Part shown: in pieces, positions 1-9,894 of the stretch
Layout of the letters: each line of letters opens with the position of its first letter
Numbering within the stretch: position 1 is the stretch's first letter
From: an uncultured Planctomycetaceae bacterium
GTDB taxonomy: Bacteria > Planctomycetota > Planctomycetia > Planctomycetales > Planctomycetaceae
Reading direction: 5' to 3'
Assembly: GCA_963813715.1 (NCBI GenBank)
Contig: CAWFAK010000001.1
Location: 1 to 53,867, forward strand
DNA: 53,867 bases
The notes under the pieces: model-generated
The model's database searches: none
Told to the model about the DNA's origin: nothing
Seen by the model: the letters and a program-made list of their open reading frames with translations, nothing else
Position numbers and translations under genes: made by a program

Positions 1-1374
1 GCCAGCTTGCCGGCGACGGCTTGAAGATACGGAAGCGAGATTTCTGGCGAGTTGGCCGGCAGCATGGCACTTTGAGCCGCTCGCAGCAGCTCGCGAAGAT
101 CTTGCTCCGGCAAGCGCAAGGGAGTGAGCCCCATCGTCGACAGGCTTTGCGGCGTCGCTCACTTTGAGAATGATTTCTGCGCGGCCGAGCGGCTTTCCGT
201 CGGCGGGCACGACCAATGACCAGTTCCAAAGGTCGGCCGCATGGGACTGGTAGACCCAGTGGTGTCGCAGCTCCCGATCTCCGTGCGGGTCCGAAATGGT
301 GATTGTGATCCCCGAGAGCCAGTCGGCGGTTTCGTCGGCCTTCGCAGCGGGCGCGGATCGCCGCCAAATGATCAGGGCCGCTGTGTCGGAAATTCGCAGG
401 GTGTGCCAGACCGCGCAGTGCAGAATCCTGGCCGGAGGCGTCGACCGTCGGCGCCAGATTAAGCACGGGTGGTTCCGTTTCGTCGTGGAGCGGCGGCGTC
501 CCCACGGCTTGGGGATGCCCGGAGCCGTCGAAACGGAACAGTTCGTCGGGGAGCGGGACATTAATCGCGACATCTGTCAGCTCGATCGCTGGTGAAAGCG
601 TTCCGTCGGCCTCGAGTTGGCCGCGCACCACGCGGACGGGGAGACCGTCCTTGGGGTCAATCCAGATTCGGGCGACGGTGATGGGCCCTGCACTAGGAAA
701 CCGCCCCTCGTAAAGATCGCACGCGTGCCCGTTCTGATCCTCCCTGCCGATTTTTCGATAGTGTGTGTCGAGCGAGCCCAGCAGCGCGAAGCTGGCGGTG
801 ATTTGCGCAATCTCTTCCGTTCTCAGCAGGGCATCCAATCGGCTCACCGGCGCGCGCACTTTAACTTGTTGTTGCCGTCGAGGCTCCACTGGTGCTTCCC
901 ATCGCACAGAATCACGTGTGACCGAATGATGGGCTTTTGCCCCTGGTGAAACGTCATGCCCGCGTTCGTATACCGGAACTTGCCCGGACGCTCGACGATG
1001 AACTCCATCGGCAGGCGAATCGGCGGTTGCTTCTTCTTCCCGTTTTCCCAGGGAATCCATTGCCAACCGCGGATCCTGAATGACCGGACTTCCGCGAGCC
1101 GTTGCGGCACGTCTTCGATGCCGTAGGCAAAACCCTCGTGGCTGGTGGTCCGCCAGGACCAGGCCGCGAACAGCGCGACCAGGCACGCGGCCACGAGCGC
1201 CCACCGCTGCCAACGAATGCGACCGGGTCTCGAGAGCGGCTGCGGCGCCCGCCGAGTGTCTGTGAGAGCGTCAAGGACTGCTTGCCGCTGTTCCGGGCGG
1301 CTTTGCAGGAGTTCCGCATAACCGCCGCGCAGCAGATCGTCCAACTCAGTGTCTGGATTGCGATCGAGAGTCAT
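1..1374 (-). CDS. Putative membrane-anchored anti-sigma factor with LolA-like periplasmic domain (frameshifted, runs off window)
   Basis: ATG at 1374 overlaps the sigma factor end. MTLDRNPDTELDDLL, then a TM segment (WALVAACLVALFAAWSW), then RPGKFRY...ILCDGKHQW. After an indel near 860 it continues RLDALLRTEE...ARIWIDPKDGLPVRV...INVPLPDELFRF, typical of LolA-fold proteins. Anti-sigma role inferred from position. Confidence 0.6.
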
Positions 1375-1903
1375 CGATATTCTCCAGCTCGAGCAGACGG
1401 GCGCGCAAGCGGCACCGCGCCCGGTCGAGGAGCTTGTAAAAGCCGGACTGCGAGAGTCCCAAGGCCTGTCGGGCCGTTTCCGCCGACTCGCCGCAGAGGT
1501 AATGAATATGGACGGCCATCCGCTCGCGTTCGGGCAGTTCGCGAACGGCCTCGCGAACGAGCGCGGCTGCATCTGTCGCCGCCGTGGGGATCGCGGGCGC
1601 CGGATGGTCCGTGAACGCGGTGAATCGCTGCCGCTGACGACCCGATCGTCGGCGGAAGTCCTTCCCCTGCCGCCGAGCGATGGCGATCAGCCAGGCTGCG
1701 ACGCGATCGGGCCGCCGCAACTGGCTGAGCTGCGTCAGTCCGCGGACGAAAACTTCCTGAAGCAATTCGTCGGCCTCAGGGAGGGAGCCGGTGGCGTCGA
1801 GCAACACCGCGCGGACCAACGGCGCGTAACGGTCGTAAATCGCGCCGGCAGCCTCGCGATCGCCGGCGAGAATCCGCCGGGTGAGCTCGGCGTCGTCTTC
1901 CAT
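1346..1903 (-). CDS. ECF RNA polymerase sigma-70 family factor
   Basis: Region 2 (GDREAAGAIYDRY...ADELLQEVF...AWLIAIARR) and region 4 (LPERERMAVHIHY...LLDRARCRLR). Confidence 0.9.
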   Translation of the reverse strand: MEDDAELTRRILAGDREAAGAIYDRYAPLVRAVLLDATGSLPEADELLQEVFVRGLTQLSQLRRPDRVAAWLIAIARRQGKDFRRRSGRQRQRFTAFTDHPAPAIPTAATDAAALVREAVRELPERERMAVHIHYLCGESAETARQALGLSQSGFYKLLDRARCRLRARLLELENIDDSRSQSRH

Positions 1904-2041
1904 CAGCGACTCCCGGGTTTACACCTGTCAGGAGTCTAGACGACGAAGGTCGCGCGAATTCCACCGAATTCTCGATTCGTGGAGGATTCCGTAGGACCGG
2001 CGGCCGGGCGTTTGATGTGGGAATCGTGAGAACGCTCCACC

Positions 2042-2122
2042 TTTCCCAAGCCGACGGCTCGCCGTCGGATCTTCATTTGTCCAAACACCAAGAGACCGAC
2101 GGCGAGCCGTCGGCTTGGGAAA
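2042..2122. repeat. REP-like inverted doublet (family A)
   Basis: tttcccaagccgacggctcgccgtcgg (2042-2068) and its exact reverse complement ccgacggcgagccgtcggcttgggaaa (2096-2122); each arm is internally palindromic. Confidence 0.8.
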
Positions 2123-2138
2123 CAGGGACGCCGTCCGG

Positions 2139-3347
2139 TTATCCGGCACCTGCTTGTGCCGGCCAGGCGTGTGAATGCCCCGGCGGAAGTTGTGGCGGTC
2201 TCCCGTTCGGGCCGGGCCGCGTTACTGCCGCGGCTGCGCGGGGAGACTCGGCCTCTTGCGGCGGGTCTTTGAGGCCCGAGCTGCCGCGGAGGGCGCCGCC
2301 GACTCCCAGCAGCTCGGGATGGCGGGCGACTTTGTCGCTAAAGATTCGCATATCGCGAATCACCGGCTCGAGATTTCGCAGCAACAGCGCCGCGTTTTCC
2401 GACGAGCGGGCGAGATTCACGTAGATCTGCGGATCGGCCGCCAGTTTGTGGATCGTCCCTTCCGGGCTGTTGATCACCTTCGCGAATTGCGTCAATTGTT
2501 CGCTAAGCGACTCGATGTTGGCCAGCGTGTTCTCGATTCGCGTGGCCAGCGTGACGCCGTTCTTCGCCAGCGGAGCGGTGACGGCGTTCAGGTTGGTGAG
2601 ATTCTGATCCATCTTCTGCACGACCACGCGAACGGCAGCCACCGTTTGCTGAGTTTCTTCGGCCAGCACGGGCAGCGCACTCATGGTCTTGCGCAAGTTC
2701 TCCTGCGTCTGCGGATCGCCGATCAGGCGGCTGGTGTCCTGCAGCGTTTGATCGACGACCTTCATCGTGTGGGCGACTTCGGTGAGCGCCTCGGCCGCGC
2801 GGGCCACCACCTCGTGCAAATTTCCCTGGTTGGTCTGCAGCACGCTGTTGAGGTTGTGCCCCACCGACTGCCATTCTTTGCTCGTCTGCTGGAACGAATC
2901 GATGAGCAGGGCAACGTTTTGCTCCATCCGCGCGACGACGTTGAGCGGATCGACGGCCGGCTCCGCCTCGACCGTGTCGCCGCTTTTGAGGGACTCGGAG
3001 CTTTTGCCCGGCAGGAACTCGATCGCCGAGTCGCCCAAGAGCGAGCTGACGAGCCGCACGCGGCCATCGGGCCAGAGGCGGACGCCGTCCTTGATCGAGG
3101 CCTTCACAATCAGCCCGCCGTGCTCGTCGTCGAAATGCACGGCCGTCACGCTGCCGATGAGCACGCCGTTGCGGCGGACGGGGGTCGAGACGGCGATGCC
3201 GCTGGCCGACTTGAAGCGGATATTCACCGTGTATTTCGGGCGGAGATAGCTCTGGATTTCGCCGAACTGAAAGATCAGCCCGACGATCGCCGCCATCGCG
3301 ACGCTGACGAACACCCCCACGCGAAACTGCAGCTGACGCTCCGTCAT
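2139..3347 (-). CDS. mlaD: MlaD/MCE-family substrate-binding protein with long helical C-terminus
   Basis: N-terminal TM (FRVGVFVSVAM), MCE motif F..ASGIAVSTPVRRNGVLIGSV...SLLGDSAIEFLPG, then coiled coil; last gene of an mlaE-F-D operon. Confidence 0.88.
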   Translation of the reverse strand: MTERQLQFRVGVFVSVAMAAIVGLIFQFGEIQSYLRPKYTVNIRFKSASGIAVSTPVRRNGVLIGSVTAVHFDDEHGGLIVKASIKDGVRLWPDGRVRLVSSLLGDSAIEFLPGKSSESLKSGDTVEAEPAVDPLNVVARMEQNVALLIDSFQQTSKEWQSVGHNLNSVLQTNQGNLHEVVARAAEALTEVAHTMKVVDQTLQDTSRLIGDPQTQENLRKTMSALPVLAEETQQTVAAVRVVVQKMDQNLTNLNAVTAPLAKNGVTLATRIENTLANIESLSEQLTQFAKVINSPEGTIHKLAADPQIYVNLARSSENAALLLRNLEPVIRDMRIFSDKVARHPELLGVGGALRGSSGLKDPPQEAESPRAAAAVTRPGPNGRPPQLPPGHSHAWPAQAGAG

Positions 3348-3428
3348 CGTTTGATCTCTTCTCGAATGTCGATTCGGTGCCGAGCATTGATCGTCGGGGC
3401 CGGCACGGGCCGACCGTCGCGTTCCTTT

Positions 3429-4247
3429 TCAGGCGAGCGACAGCTCCTCGATCCGCTCGCCGGCGTTGCCGTGCACGAACTGCGCGACGCGCGGGTCGGG
3501 CGAATGCGCCAGTTCCCGCGCCGTTCCCTCGAAGACGATCTGCGGCTCGTTCGGCCGCAACAGCGAGGCGGGATAGAGCATGATCACGCGATCGGCCACC
3601 CGCTCGACTGTCCGCATGTCGTGCGTGACGACAATGCTCGTCACCCGGCCGCGGGCCTTGGTGCGGAGGATTAGCTCGTTGATCACGTCGCTCATCACCG
3701 GGTCGAGCCCCGTCGTCGGCTCGTCGTAGAACATCAGCTCCGGCTCGAGGGCCAGCGCCCGCGCCAGGGCCACGCGTTTCTTCATGCCGCCGGAGAGGTC
3801 GGCCGGCTTGCGATCGCAGACCGCTTCGCGCAAGCCGACTTCCTTCAGCCGATCGCGGACGATCTCGCGGATTTTCGCTTCGGAGAGGTCAGTATTTTGT
3901 CGCAGGCCGAAGGCCACGTTTTCGGAAACGCACATGCTGTCGAAGAGCGCGGCGCCCTGGAACAGGAAGCCATAACTGAGCCGCTCTTTGGCCCGCTGCC
4001 GTTCGGACATGGCGGCGACGGGGCGACCCCGCCACAGGATGCGGCCGGCGGTCGGGTCGAACAGCGCCATCAGCAGCTTGAGCGTGACGCTCTTGCCGCA
4101 GCCACTCTCGCCGATGATGACGAGCGTTTCCCCTTCTTCGACGGCGAAGGAGATGTCCCGCAGCACAAGCTGGTTGCCGAACCGCTGGACGATGTTGGCC
4201 ATCTCGATCATCGTCGGCCCGCTCGACGCCCGTCCCGGCGGCCGCAT
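3429..4247 (-). CDS. mlaF: ABC transporter ATPase, MlaF/Mkl family
   Basis: Walker A GESGCGKS, LSGGMKKRVALARAL, YDEPTTGLDP, VVTHD. True start may be ATG 4372 just after the mlaE stop, with an indel near 4338. Confidence 0.92.
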   Translation of the reverse strand: MRPPGRASSGPTMIEMANIVQRFGNQLVLRDISFAVEEGETLVIIGESGCGKSVTLKLLMALFDPTAGRILWRGRPVAAMSERQRAKERLSYGFLFQGAALFDSMCVSENVAFGLRQNTDLSEAKIREIVRDRLKEVGLREAVCDRKPADLSGGMKKRVALARALALEPELMFYDEPTTGLDPVMSDVINELILRTKARGRVTSIVVTHDMRTVERVADRVIMLYPASLLRPNEPQIVFEGTARELAHSPDPRVAQFVHGNAGERIEELSLA

Positions 4248-4374
4248 CGCCGACCGCGGGCCTACGGGCGGCGCGATGCGCCGCTGGGGCTGCTCGGACG
4301 CAGGGGTGGTCCGGCTGCCGGCGGTGCGTTCCGCGGCTTATTGGCCGGTTTCCGCGAGCCGAAGATTCCCATCG

Positions 4375-5214
4375 TCACGGCCCTCCCATGGAGGACGGCC
4401 AGATCACGTAGTAGAAGTCGTTCATCAGGATCGCGAGCACGAAGTCGAGCACCAGGATCACGCCGAACGAAAGCACAAACGCCTGCGTCGCCGCGCGGCC
4501 CACCCCCTGGGCGCCGGCGCTACAGTGAAAGCCACGATGGCACGACACGATGGCGATCGACGCCCCGAAAAACATGCTCTTGAGCAGCCCGCAATAAACG
4601 TCGTAGGCGGAAACGGTTTGCCGCGAGTGCAGCCAATAATGAAATTCGTTGATCTCGAAGATATGGCACGAGATGAACCACCCGCTGAGCACGCCCGTCA
4701 GATCGGCCAGGGCGCTCAACAGGGGAATCAGCAGGCAGCAGCCCAGGAATCGGGGCACGACCAGATATTGAATCGGATCCGCGCCGAGGGCCCGCAACGC
4801 GTCGATCTGCTCGGTCACCCGCATCGTGCCGATCTCGGCCGCCATCGCGCTGCCGACGCGGCCGGCGAGCATCGTCGCGGCGAGCACGGGCCCCAGCTCG
4901 CGGACTAGCGACAGGTTGATGACGGCTCCGAGCTGCGTGTCCAGCCGCATCAGGTGCAGCTGGTCGTAGGTCTGGACGGCCAGCACCAAGCCGATAAATG
5001 CGCCCGTGAGGACGACCACCGGCACGCTCAGCACGCCGATCTGGTAGAACGACTGCAAGAGCACGGTCCGCTTGGGCAGCCGCAGCATCATCCACCGCAT
5101 CATCCGTGCGGTGAACAGCGACAGGTCGCCGACCGTCCTGAGAAAGTTCAGCACGAACTTTCCCAGCAGGTGAAACGGCGTATTGAACTGCCGGACCTGC
5201 GATTCGCTCGCCAT
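4375..5214 (-). CDS. mlaE: ABC transporter permease, MlaE family
   Basis: [52 protein letters not shown] and [10 protein letters not shown] signatures. Confidence 0.95.
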   Translation of the reverse strand: MASESQVRQFNTPFHLLGKFVLNFLRTVGDLSLFTARMMRWMMLRLPKRTVLLQSFYQIGVLSVPVVVLTGAFIGLVLAVQTYDQLHLMRLDTQLGAVINLSLVRELGPVLAATMLAGRVGSAMAAEIGTMRVTEQIDALRALGADPIQYLVVPRFLGCCLLIPLLSALADLTGVLSGWFISCHIFEINEFHYWLHSRQTVSAYDVYCGLLKSMFFGASIAIVSCHRGFHCSAGAQGVGRAATQAFVLSFGVILVLDFVLAILMNDFYYVIWPSSMGGP

Positions 5215-5402
5215 GCGAGAACCCCCCTGCCCCGTTAAGCCAAGCCGCTGCCGCCAGCCCGCGGCCGTCCGTTTGGGCGCACGTCCAATCGCTTCGCACT
5301 ATCGCTGGCCTGACCGCTGGGGTCGGCCACTCGCCGGCTGTCACGGGGCGGGTACGGTAGTGAATTCGGCAATTCGGGGCGAGGCGAGCTTTGCGAGGCA
5401 GC

Positions 5403-5497
5403 GTAGGGCAAGCTGCCAGCTTGCCCCTATTCCACATTTCAGAGGGCCCTGGAATCGTGGACTGGAGAGCGGCGGGCAAGCTGGCAGCTTGCCCTAC
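5403..5497. repeat. GTAG-type REP inverted doublet (REPIN-like, family B)
   Basis: gtagggcaagctgccagcttgccc (5403-5426) and exact reverse complement (5474-5497); the spacer is itself an imperfect hairpin; same unit recurs at 53785. Confidence 0.85.
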
Positions 5498-5690
5498 GGC
5501 GCCGGCCGCCGGGGTTTCTCGGGTTGGAGCGACGGTTTGGGGCCGGCGAAAGGCCCCGTTCGCTGCACGCCGGTCAAACGGCGTGTTAGACTGGTGGAGC
5601 AGGGAAAAAGCCGCAGATTTTGGCCGCGCAGCCGCATGTGCGGGCGGTTTTCCCGCTGCTTAATTGGGAATTGGTCGAGGGATTTCGGTC

Positions 5691-6854
5691 ATGCGACGCG
5701 CTTTTGCTCTGGCGACCGGTTTGGTGTCGAGCGGTTTCATCGCGAGCGGATTGATCGCTATGGCGGCCTGCGTGGCCCAAGCCGACGACAACAAAGCTCC
5801 CAAACGCTCACCGGCCGAGACGAAGGCCATCGCCAAGATCAAGGAGACCGGCGGCCAGGTCATGGAACTGGCGCAGAACGATCCGCATTTAGAGGTCTCC
5901 TTCCACCTGAGCGGTGGCAAGGTCACCGACGAGCAGCTCAAGCCGCTGACCGAGCTGAAGGACGTCGTGCACCTGAACCTGCGGGGGACCGACGTCACCG
6001 ATGCCGGCATGGCCACGGTCGGCAAGCTCACGTCGCTGGTCCGCCTGCACCTCGAGCGGACGAAGGTCACCGACGCCGGCCTCGCCCACCTCAAGGGGCT
6101 GACCAACCTCGAGTATCTCAACTTATATGGGACGAGCGTCAGCGACGCCGGTCTCGAGCAATTGGCGGGGCTGAAGAAGCTCAAGAAGTTGTTCGTCTGG
6201 GAGACGAAGGCGTCGCAGGACGAGATCAACAAGCTGAAGGGGGCGATCGCCGGCATCGAAATCGTTCCCGATCCGCAACTCGACCTGCGGCGGGCCGCCC
6301 TCGAGCGTCACCGCGCGTTCGAGGACGCCCAACTCCTCGTGGCCGAGACGAAGAAGTCGGTCGACAGCGCGGCCGGCAAGCTGCCTGACCTGGAAAAGAC
6401 GGCTGAAGCGGCGACGGCTGCGGCGCTGGCTGCCAAGACCGAACTGGCCGACGTGACCAAGCTGCTCGAAGCCGTGCAGAAGATGGTCGACGCGAAGAAA
6501 GCGCAGCACGACGTTGCCGCCAAGAAAGCGGCCGAGGCGAAAAACGCAGTGGCCGCCGCCAAGAAGAAGGTGGACGAGGCCCAGAAAACGGCCGCCGAGG
6601 CCGTCGTTCAACTCGACGAGTTCGACGTGAAGAAGCAATCCGCCAAAGCCATGAAAGCCGCCGAAGCCGCGAAGCACGCGGCCGAAGAGGCGAAGAAGGC
6701 CGCCGACGCCCAGGCCGCCAAAGCTCAGGAAGCGAAGAAAGCCGCCGAGGAAGCGGCCAAGAAAGCCGAAGAAGCCGGCCAAAAGGCGCAAGAGCTTTCC
6801 AAGCAGCTTTCCGAGCCGAAAGCCGACGTCAAATCGGCCGCCAAGGCGAAGTAG
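5691..6854 (+). CDS. Secreted leucine-rich-repeat protein with Ala/Lys/Glu-rich coiled-coil tail
   Basis: Signal peptide (...ACVAQA|DD), ~24-aa LRRs (LNLRGTDVTDAGM, LHLERTKVTDAGL, LNLYGTSVSDAGL), then AAEEAKKAA-type low-complexity helix. Confidence 0.85.
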   Translation: MRRAFALATGLVSSGFIASGLIAMAACVAQADDNKAPKRSPAETKAIAKIKETGGQVMELAQNDPHLEVSFHLSGGKVTDEQLKPLTELKDVVHLNLRGTDVTDAGMATVGKLTSLVRLHLERTKVTDAGLAHLKGLTNLEYLNLYGTSVSDAGLEQLAGLKKLKKLFVWETKASQDEINKLKGAIAGIEIVPDPQLDLRRAALERHRAFEDAQLLVAETKKSVDSAAGKLPDLEKTAEAATAAALAAKTELADVTKLLEAVQKMVDAKKAQHDVAAKKAAEAKNAVAAAKKKVDEAQKTAAEAVVQLDEFDVKKQSAKAMKAAEAAKHAAEEAKKAADAQAAKAQEAKKAAEEAAKKAEEAGQKAQELSKQLSEPKADVKSAAKAK

Positions 6855-6929
6855 TCGCCGGTTTTCGGTACCACGTCAGGCGAACGACCGGTGGGCTGCA
6901 GCCGGCTACTGCTCCGGCCATCGTGATCT

Positions 6930-7012
6930 GGGTGCCATGCCCACGGCTCCGCGTGGGCATGTTTTCCGCTGCGAATCGCGCATGCCCACCGAAACCGGTG
7001 GGCATGGCACCC
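6930..7012. repeat. REP-like inverted doublet (family C) between convergent genes
   Basis: gggtgccatgcccac-ggctccgc-gtgggcatg ... catgcccac-cgaaaccg-gtgggcatggcaccc. Confidence 0.8.
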
Positions 7013-7033
7013 GACATCTAACGCGACGAATCA

Positions 7034-8788
7034 CTACCGCGATGCCGTCTGCAGCGGGCCCAAGTCATAGCAGGCGGCTTCTTCGCCGTTGCGGACGAAG
7101 AGGCGGCCGTTGCTGTAGGCCGGGTGGTTCCAGGTCTTGCCGTCGATGGCGTGGAAACGGGCCAGCTCTTGGGCGTTGCTCGGCGAGACGTCGAGCAGCA
7201 CCGCGTCCCCCTCTTCCGAGATCACGAAGAGCGCGTTCTCGAACAGCAGGATTTGACCGTAGCCGTAGTGGCCGCGCTTCCAGCGCTGTTTGCCGGCCGC
7301 AAGATCGAAGCAGGCCAAAATCCCCTCGTCGAGTCCGTACACGCAGCCGTCGCGGGTCACGCCCGTATTGAATTTGAGCTTGAACTTGTTCGGGGCCTGC
7401 CAACGTTCGCTGACGCCCCAGTGGTCGTCCGTTTTCTTCACGTCAAACATGATGCTGCCGGTGCCGTAGCCGCTGCTCAAAAACAGCGCGTCGTCGCCGC
7501 CCGCGTCTTTGCCGACGATCGGCTGGGCGCAGTTGTTGTGGAATTCGTTCGTCCAGACGGGCGTGCGCCAGAGTTGTTTGCCGGTGGCCGCGTCGTGGCC
7601 GGCCGCGCCGAGACCGTCGAAGATGACGACCTGCTTGACGCCGCCGAGCGTCGCCAGGATCGGTGTCGCATAAGCGGCCTGATAATCGCCGCCCGCCCAA
7701 ACCTCTTTGCCGGTGAGCCGGTCGTAGGCGATGACGGCGCGGCCGCTCGATTCAGTTCCGTCCTGCGACTGCCGCGGACCGCCCGGATTGACGACGACCA
7801 GCTTGTCGTAGACGAGCGGCGAGCCCGCCATGCCGAACTGCAACGGCTTCACGCCCGCGGCCTCGAGCGCGTTGGTCGACCAGAGCACGGCGCCGCTCTT
7901 GGCGGCAAAGCAATTGAGAATGCCCGCCGCGCCGAAGGTGTAGACGCGAGAATCGTAAACGGTCGGCGTCGCCCGCGGCCCGATGCCCGCCATCGCCTGG
8001 TCGTAGCGCTGATTCGGATCGAGATGCGCCCAGACTTGTTTCCCGTCGCGCGCGTCGTAGCAGACGACCGCTTCGTCGGTGCCCCGCTGTTCCTGCGTGA
8101 AGGCGTAGTTGCCGACGACCGCAAATGACGACCAGGCAGCTCCCACCGGATGCCGCCACAGGGGCCGCGGCGGCCGTTGCCCCCAGTCGGTGCGAATCCG
8201 CACGCCGACGGCCCGCCCTTCTGATCGCGGCCCGTCGAACTGAGGCCAGTCCTCGGGACTGATCTCGAGCTTTTCGACGACGGTCGAGGCGGTTTGCCCG
8301 TTAGTGGCCGAGGTGACTTCGCTCTTCTCGTTCCGCCAATAGTCGGCCGCTTTTTGTTCGAAGGAGCGCTGCCAGCGCGGCTCGAAGTGCGGCACCATGT
8401 CGCCGGTGAATTCCTTCAAGCGAAAGGCCGACAGAAATGAGGCGCTGACGACCACGAACAGACCGAACCCGGTCAACCGCGTCGTCCAGGTGAATCCCGA
8501 AAGGAACAGCCACCACAGCAGCGATACGAACACGATGGCCGGTGCCGTGTACCAGGTATACATCACCTGCTTCGTCCCGTCGCCCGCGTTGTGGATCCAG
8601 ATGTAGGCTACGAGCGCGACGCCAAACATCAGCCAGGCAAGCAGCAATCCGTATCGCCAGGCCGAGGAGCGTCTGCGAGACGACGCCGGAATGGCGACCG
8701 CCGAGCCAGCTGGCGGAGCAACGCTCGCAGCTCGGGCGTTTTTCGCTTCCGTGTTTTTCGGTGCCGCGTTCTTAGGCTCGACGGACAT
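7034..8788 (-). CDS. Membrane-anchored PQQ-binding-like (BamB-type) beta-propeller protein
   Basis: Three N-terminal TM segments, then DWPQFDGP, GPRATPTV, GSPLVYD, AYATPI, GKTWNHPAYSNGRLFVRN motifs. Confidence 0.88.
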   Translation of the reverse strand: MSVEPKNAAPKNTEAKNARAASVAPPAGSAVAIPASSRRRSSAWRYGLLLAWLMFGVALVAYIWIHNAGDGTKQVMYTWYTAPAIVFVSLLWWLFLSGFTWTTRLTGFGLFVVVSASFLSAFRLKEFTGDMVPHFEPRWQRSFEQKAADYWRNEKSEVTSATNGQTASTVVEKLEISPEDWPQFDGPRSEGRAVGVRIRTDWGQRPPRPLWRHPVGAAWSSFAVVGNYAFTQEQRGTDEAVVCYDARDGKQVWAHLDPNQRYDQAMAGIGPRATPTVYDSRVYTFGAAGILNCFAAKSGAVLWSTNALEAAGVKPLQFGMAGSPLVYDKLVVVNPGGPRQSQDGTESSGRAVIAYDRLTGKEVWAGGDYQAAYATPILATLGGVKQVVIFDGLGAAGHDAATGKQLWRTPVWTNEFHNNCAQPIVGKDAGGDDALFLSSGYGTGSIMFDVKKTDDHWGVSERWQAPNKFKLKFNTGVTRDGCVYGLDEGILACFDLAAGKQRWKRGHYGYGQILLFENALFVISEEGDAVLLDVSPSNAQELARFHAIDGKTWNHPAYSNGRLFVRNGEEAACYDLGPLQTASR

Positions 8789-8920
8789 CGGCGACGACTT
8801 TCTGTATCTGAGCAGCCAGGGACCGAGGTGCGAAAGTGTCGTAGCGCTGGCGCTTAGTGTAGTAGATGGCGGCGCTCGACACAGCAGGGAAACCTCGGCC
8901 CTGCGCCGAACCTGAAGAGC

Positions 8921-8977
8921 CCTCGATGACGCTTCGGGTTAGTGGATTCGACATACCAACCCGAAGCGTGAGCGAGG
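8921..8977. repeat. REP-like inverted doublet (family D)
   Basis: cctcgatgacgcttcgggtt (8921-8940) vs aacccgaagcgtgagcgagg (8958-8977), near-perfect inverted pair in an intergenic region. Confidence 0.7.
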
Positions 8978-9020
8978 ATCCTCGATCGCAGCGAACGCCC
9001 GGACGGCTCACGCTCGACAA

Positions 9021-9512
9021 CTATGGCAAGAACCGCCCGCGCTCGGCTGGTGTCGGCAGGCGACACGTTTCTTTCTTGCCGAAGATCCGGTAGCGGTAGC
9101 GGGCGACGAGCGAATAGCCGACGTCGCGCAGCGGAGGTGGCACGAGCCGGAGAGTGCCGCCGATCAGGCCCCACACTCCGCCCAAGCGCACAAGGATTCG
9201 TGTCGCGGCCGTCGACTTGCGAAAGACTCCCTGCTCGTCGACGAGCACCATCGTGTTGACGTCGCGCACGTCGGCCGCCGGCAGTCGCTCCCGGGCCGTT
9301 TCTCCCTGAAGCGGCGCGAAGCGAAAGACGCCGGCTCGATCTCGTTTGATGACGAAATCGACAAAGCGATTGCACAGCCCGCAGACGCCGTCAAAAAAGA
9401 CGATCGGCCCGCCGCTGTCAGGCAGCCTGGCGGCCGCGGGCGGAGCCCCGCCGAGCGCCGGCGTGGGCGGGCTCGATTCGAGTGGAGCCAACTGTGTTCC
9501 GCGGATATCCAT
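9021..9512 (-). CDS. Thiol-disulfide oxidoreductase, DCC family (DUF393)
   Basis: IVFFDGVCGLCNRFVDF (DxxCxxC), FRFAPLQ, LRDVGYSLVARYRYRIFGK; start uncertain. Confidence 0.9.
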   Translation of the reverse strand: MDIRGTQLAPLESSPPTPALGGAPPAAARLPDSGGPIVFFDGVCGLCNRFVDFVIKRDRAGVFRFAPLQGETARERLPAADVRDVNTMVLVDEQGVFRKSTAATRILVRLGGVWGLIGGTLRLVPPPLRDVGYSLVARYRYRIFGKKETCRLPTPAERGRFLP

Positions 9513-9894
9513 ATTGAATCGCCGATCGTGGCTGGTCCCGGTCGTTGGTTCCAGCGTTGTCGCGGGTTCTCTGCGAACCCGAGCTTCCGGTGGCGGGCAC
9601 AAAACCCGTTGGAATCATCATAACCGGATTGCCGGATTCACATTAACGAGCTTTCTCCAGCGGGTCGAAATCTGATTTGCGGTCTGCCCTCCCGCCTGTC
9701 CGTTTGTGCCGCGATGACCTGGGGCGAACCACTGGGCTTTCCACCGCTTCCGCCGGTCCACGAAGCAGATGCGACTCTCAAGCGGGCGGGCAGTATAATA
9801 AAACAAGAAGGATAGGAAGATTCGGCAATCAGGACCGAGTTTGCCGTGCCTATTCCGAACCGTTTCAACCATTTCGCACGTCTTCGCCACCACT

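Noticed and set aside
2175..3674. Long opposite-strand or alternate-frame ORFs (also 5183-6388, 11166-12833, 12855-14384, 41813-43261)
   Set aside because: Shadows of well-supported genes, expected in high-GC DNA with few stop codons.
9794..9799. Perfect TATAAT upstream of the vWA gene
   Set aside because: No matching -35 or extended -10; insufficient to call a promoter.
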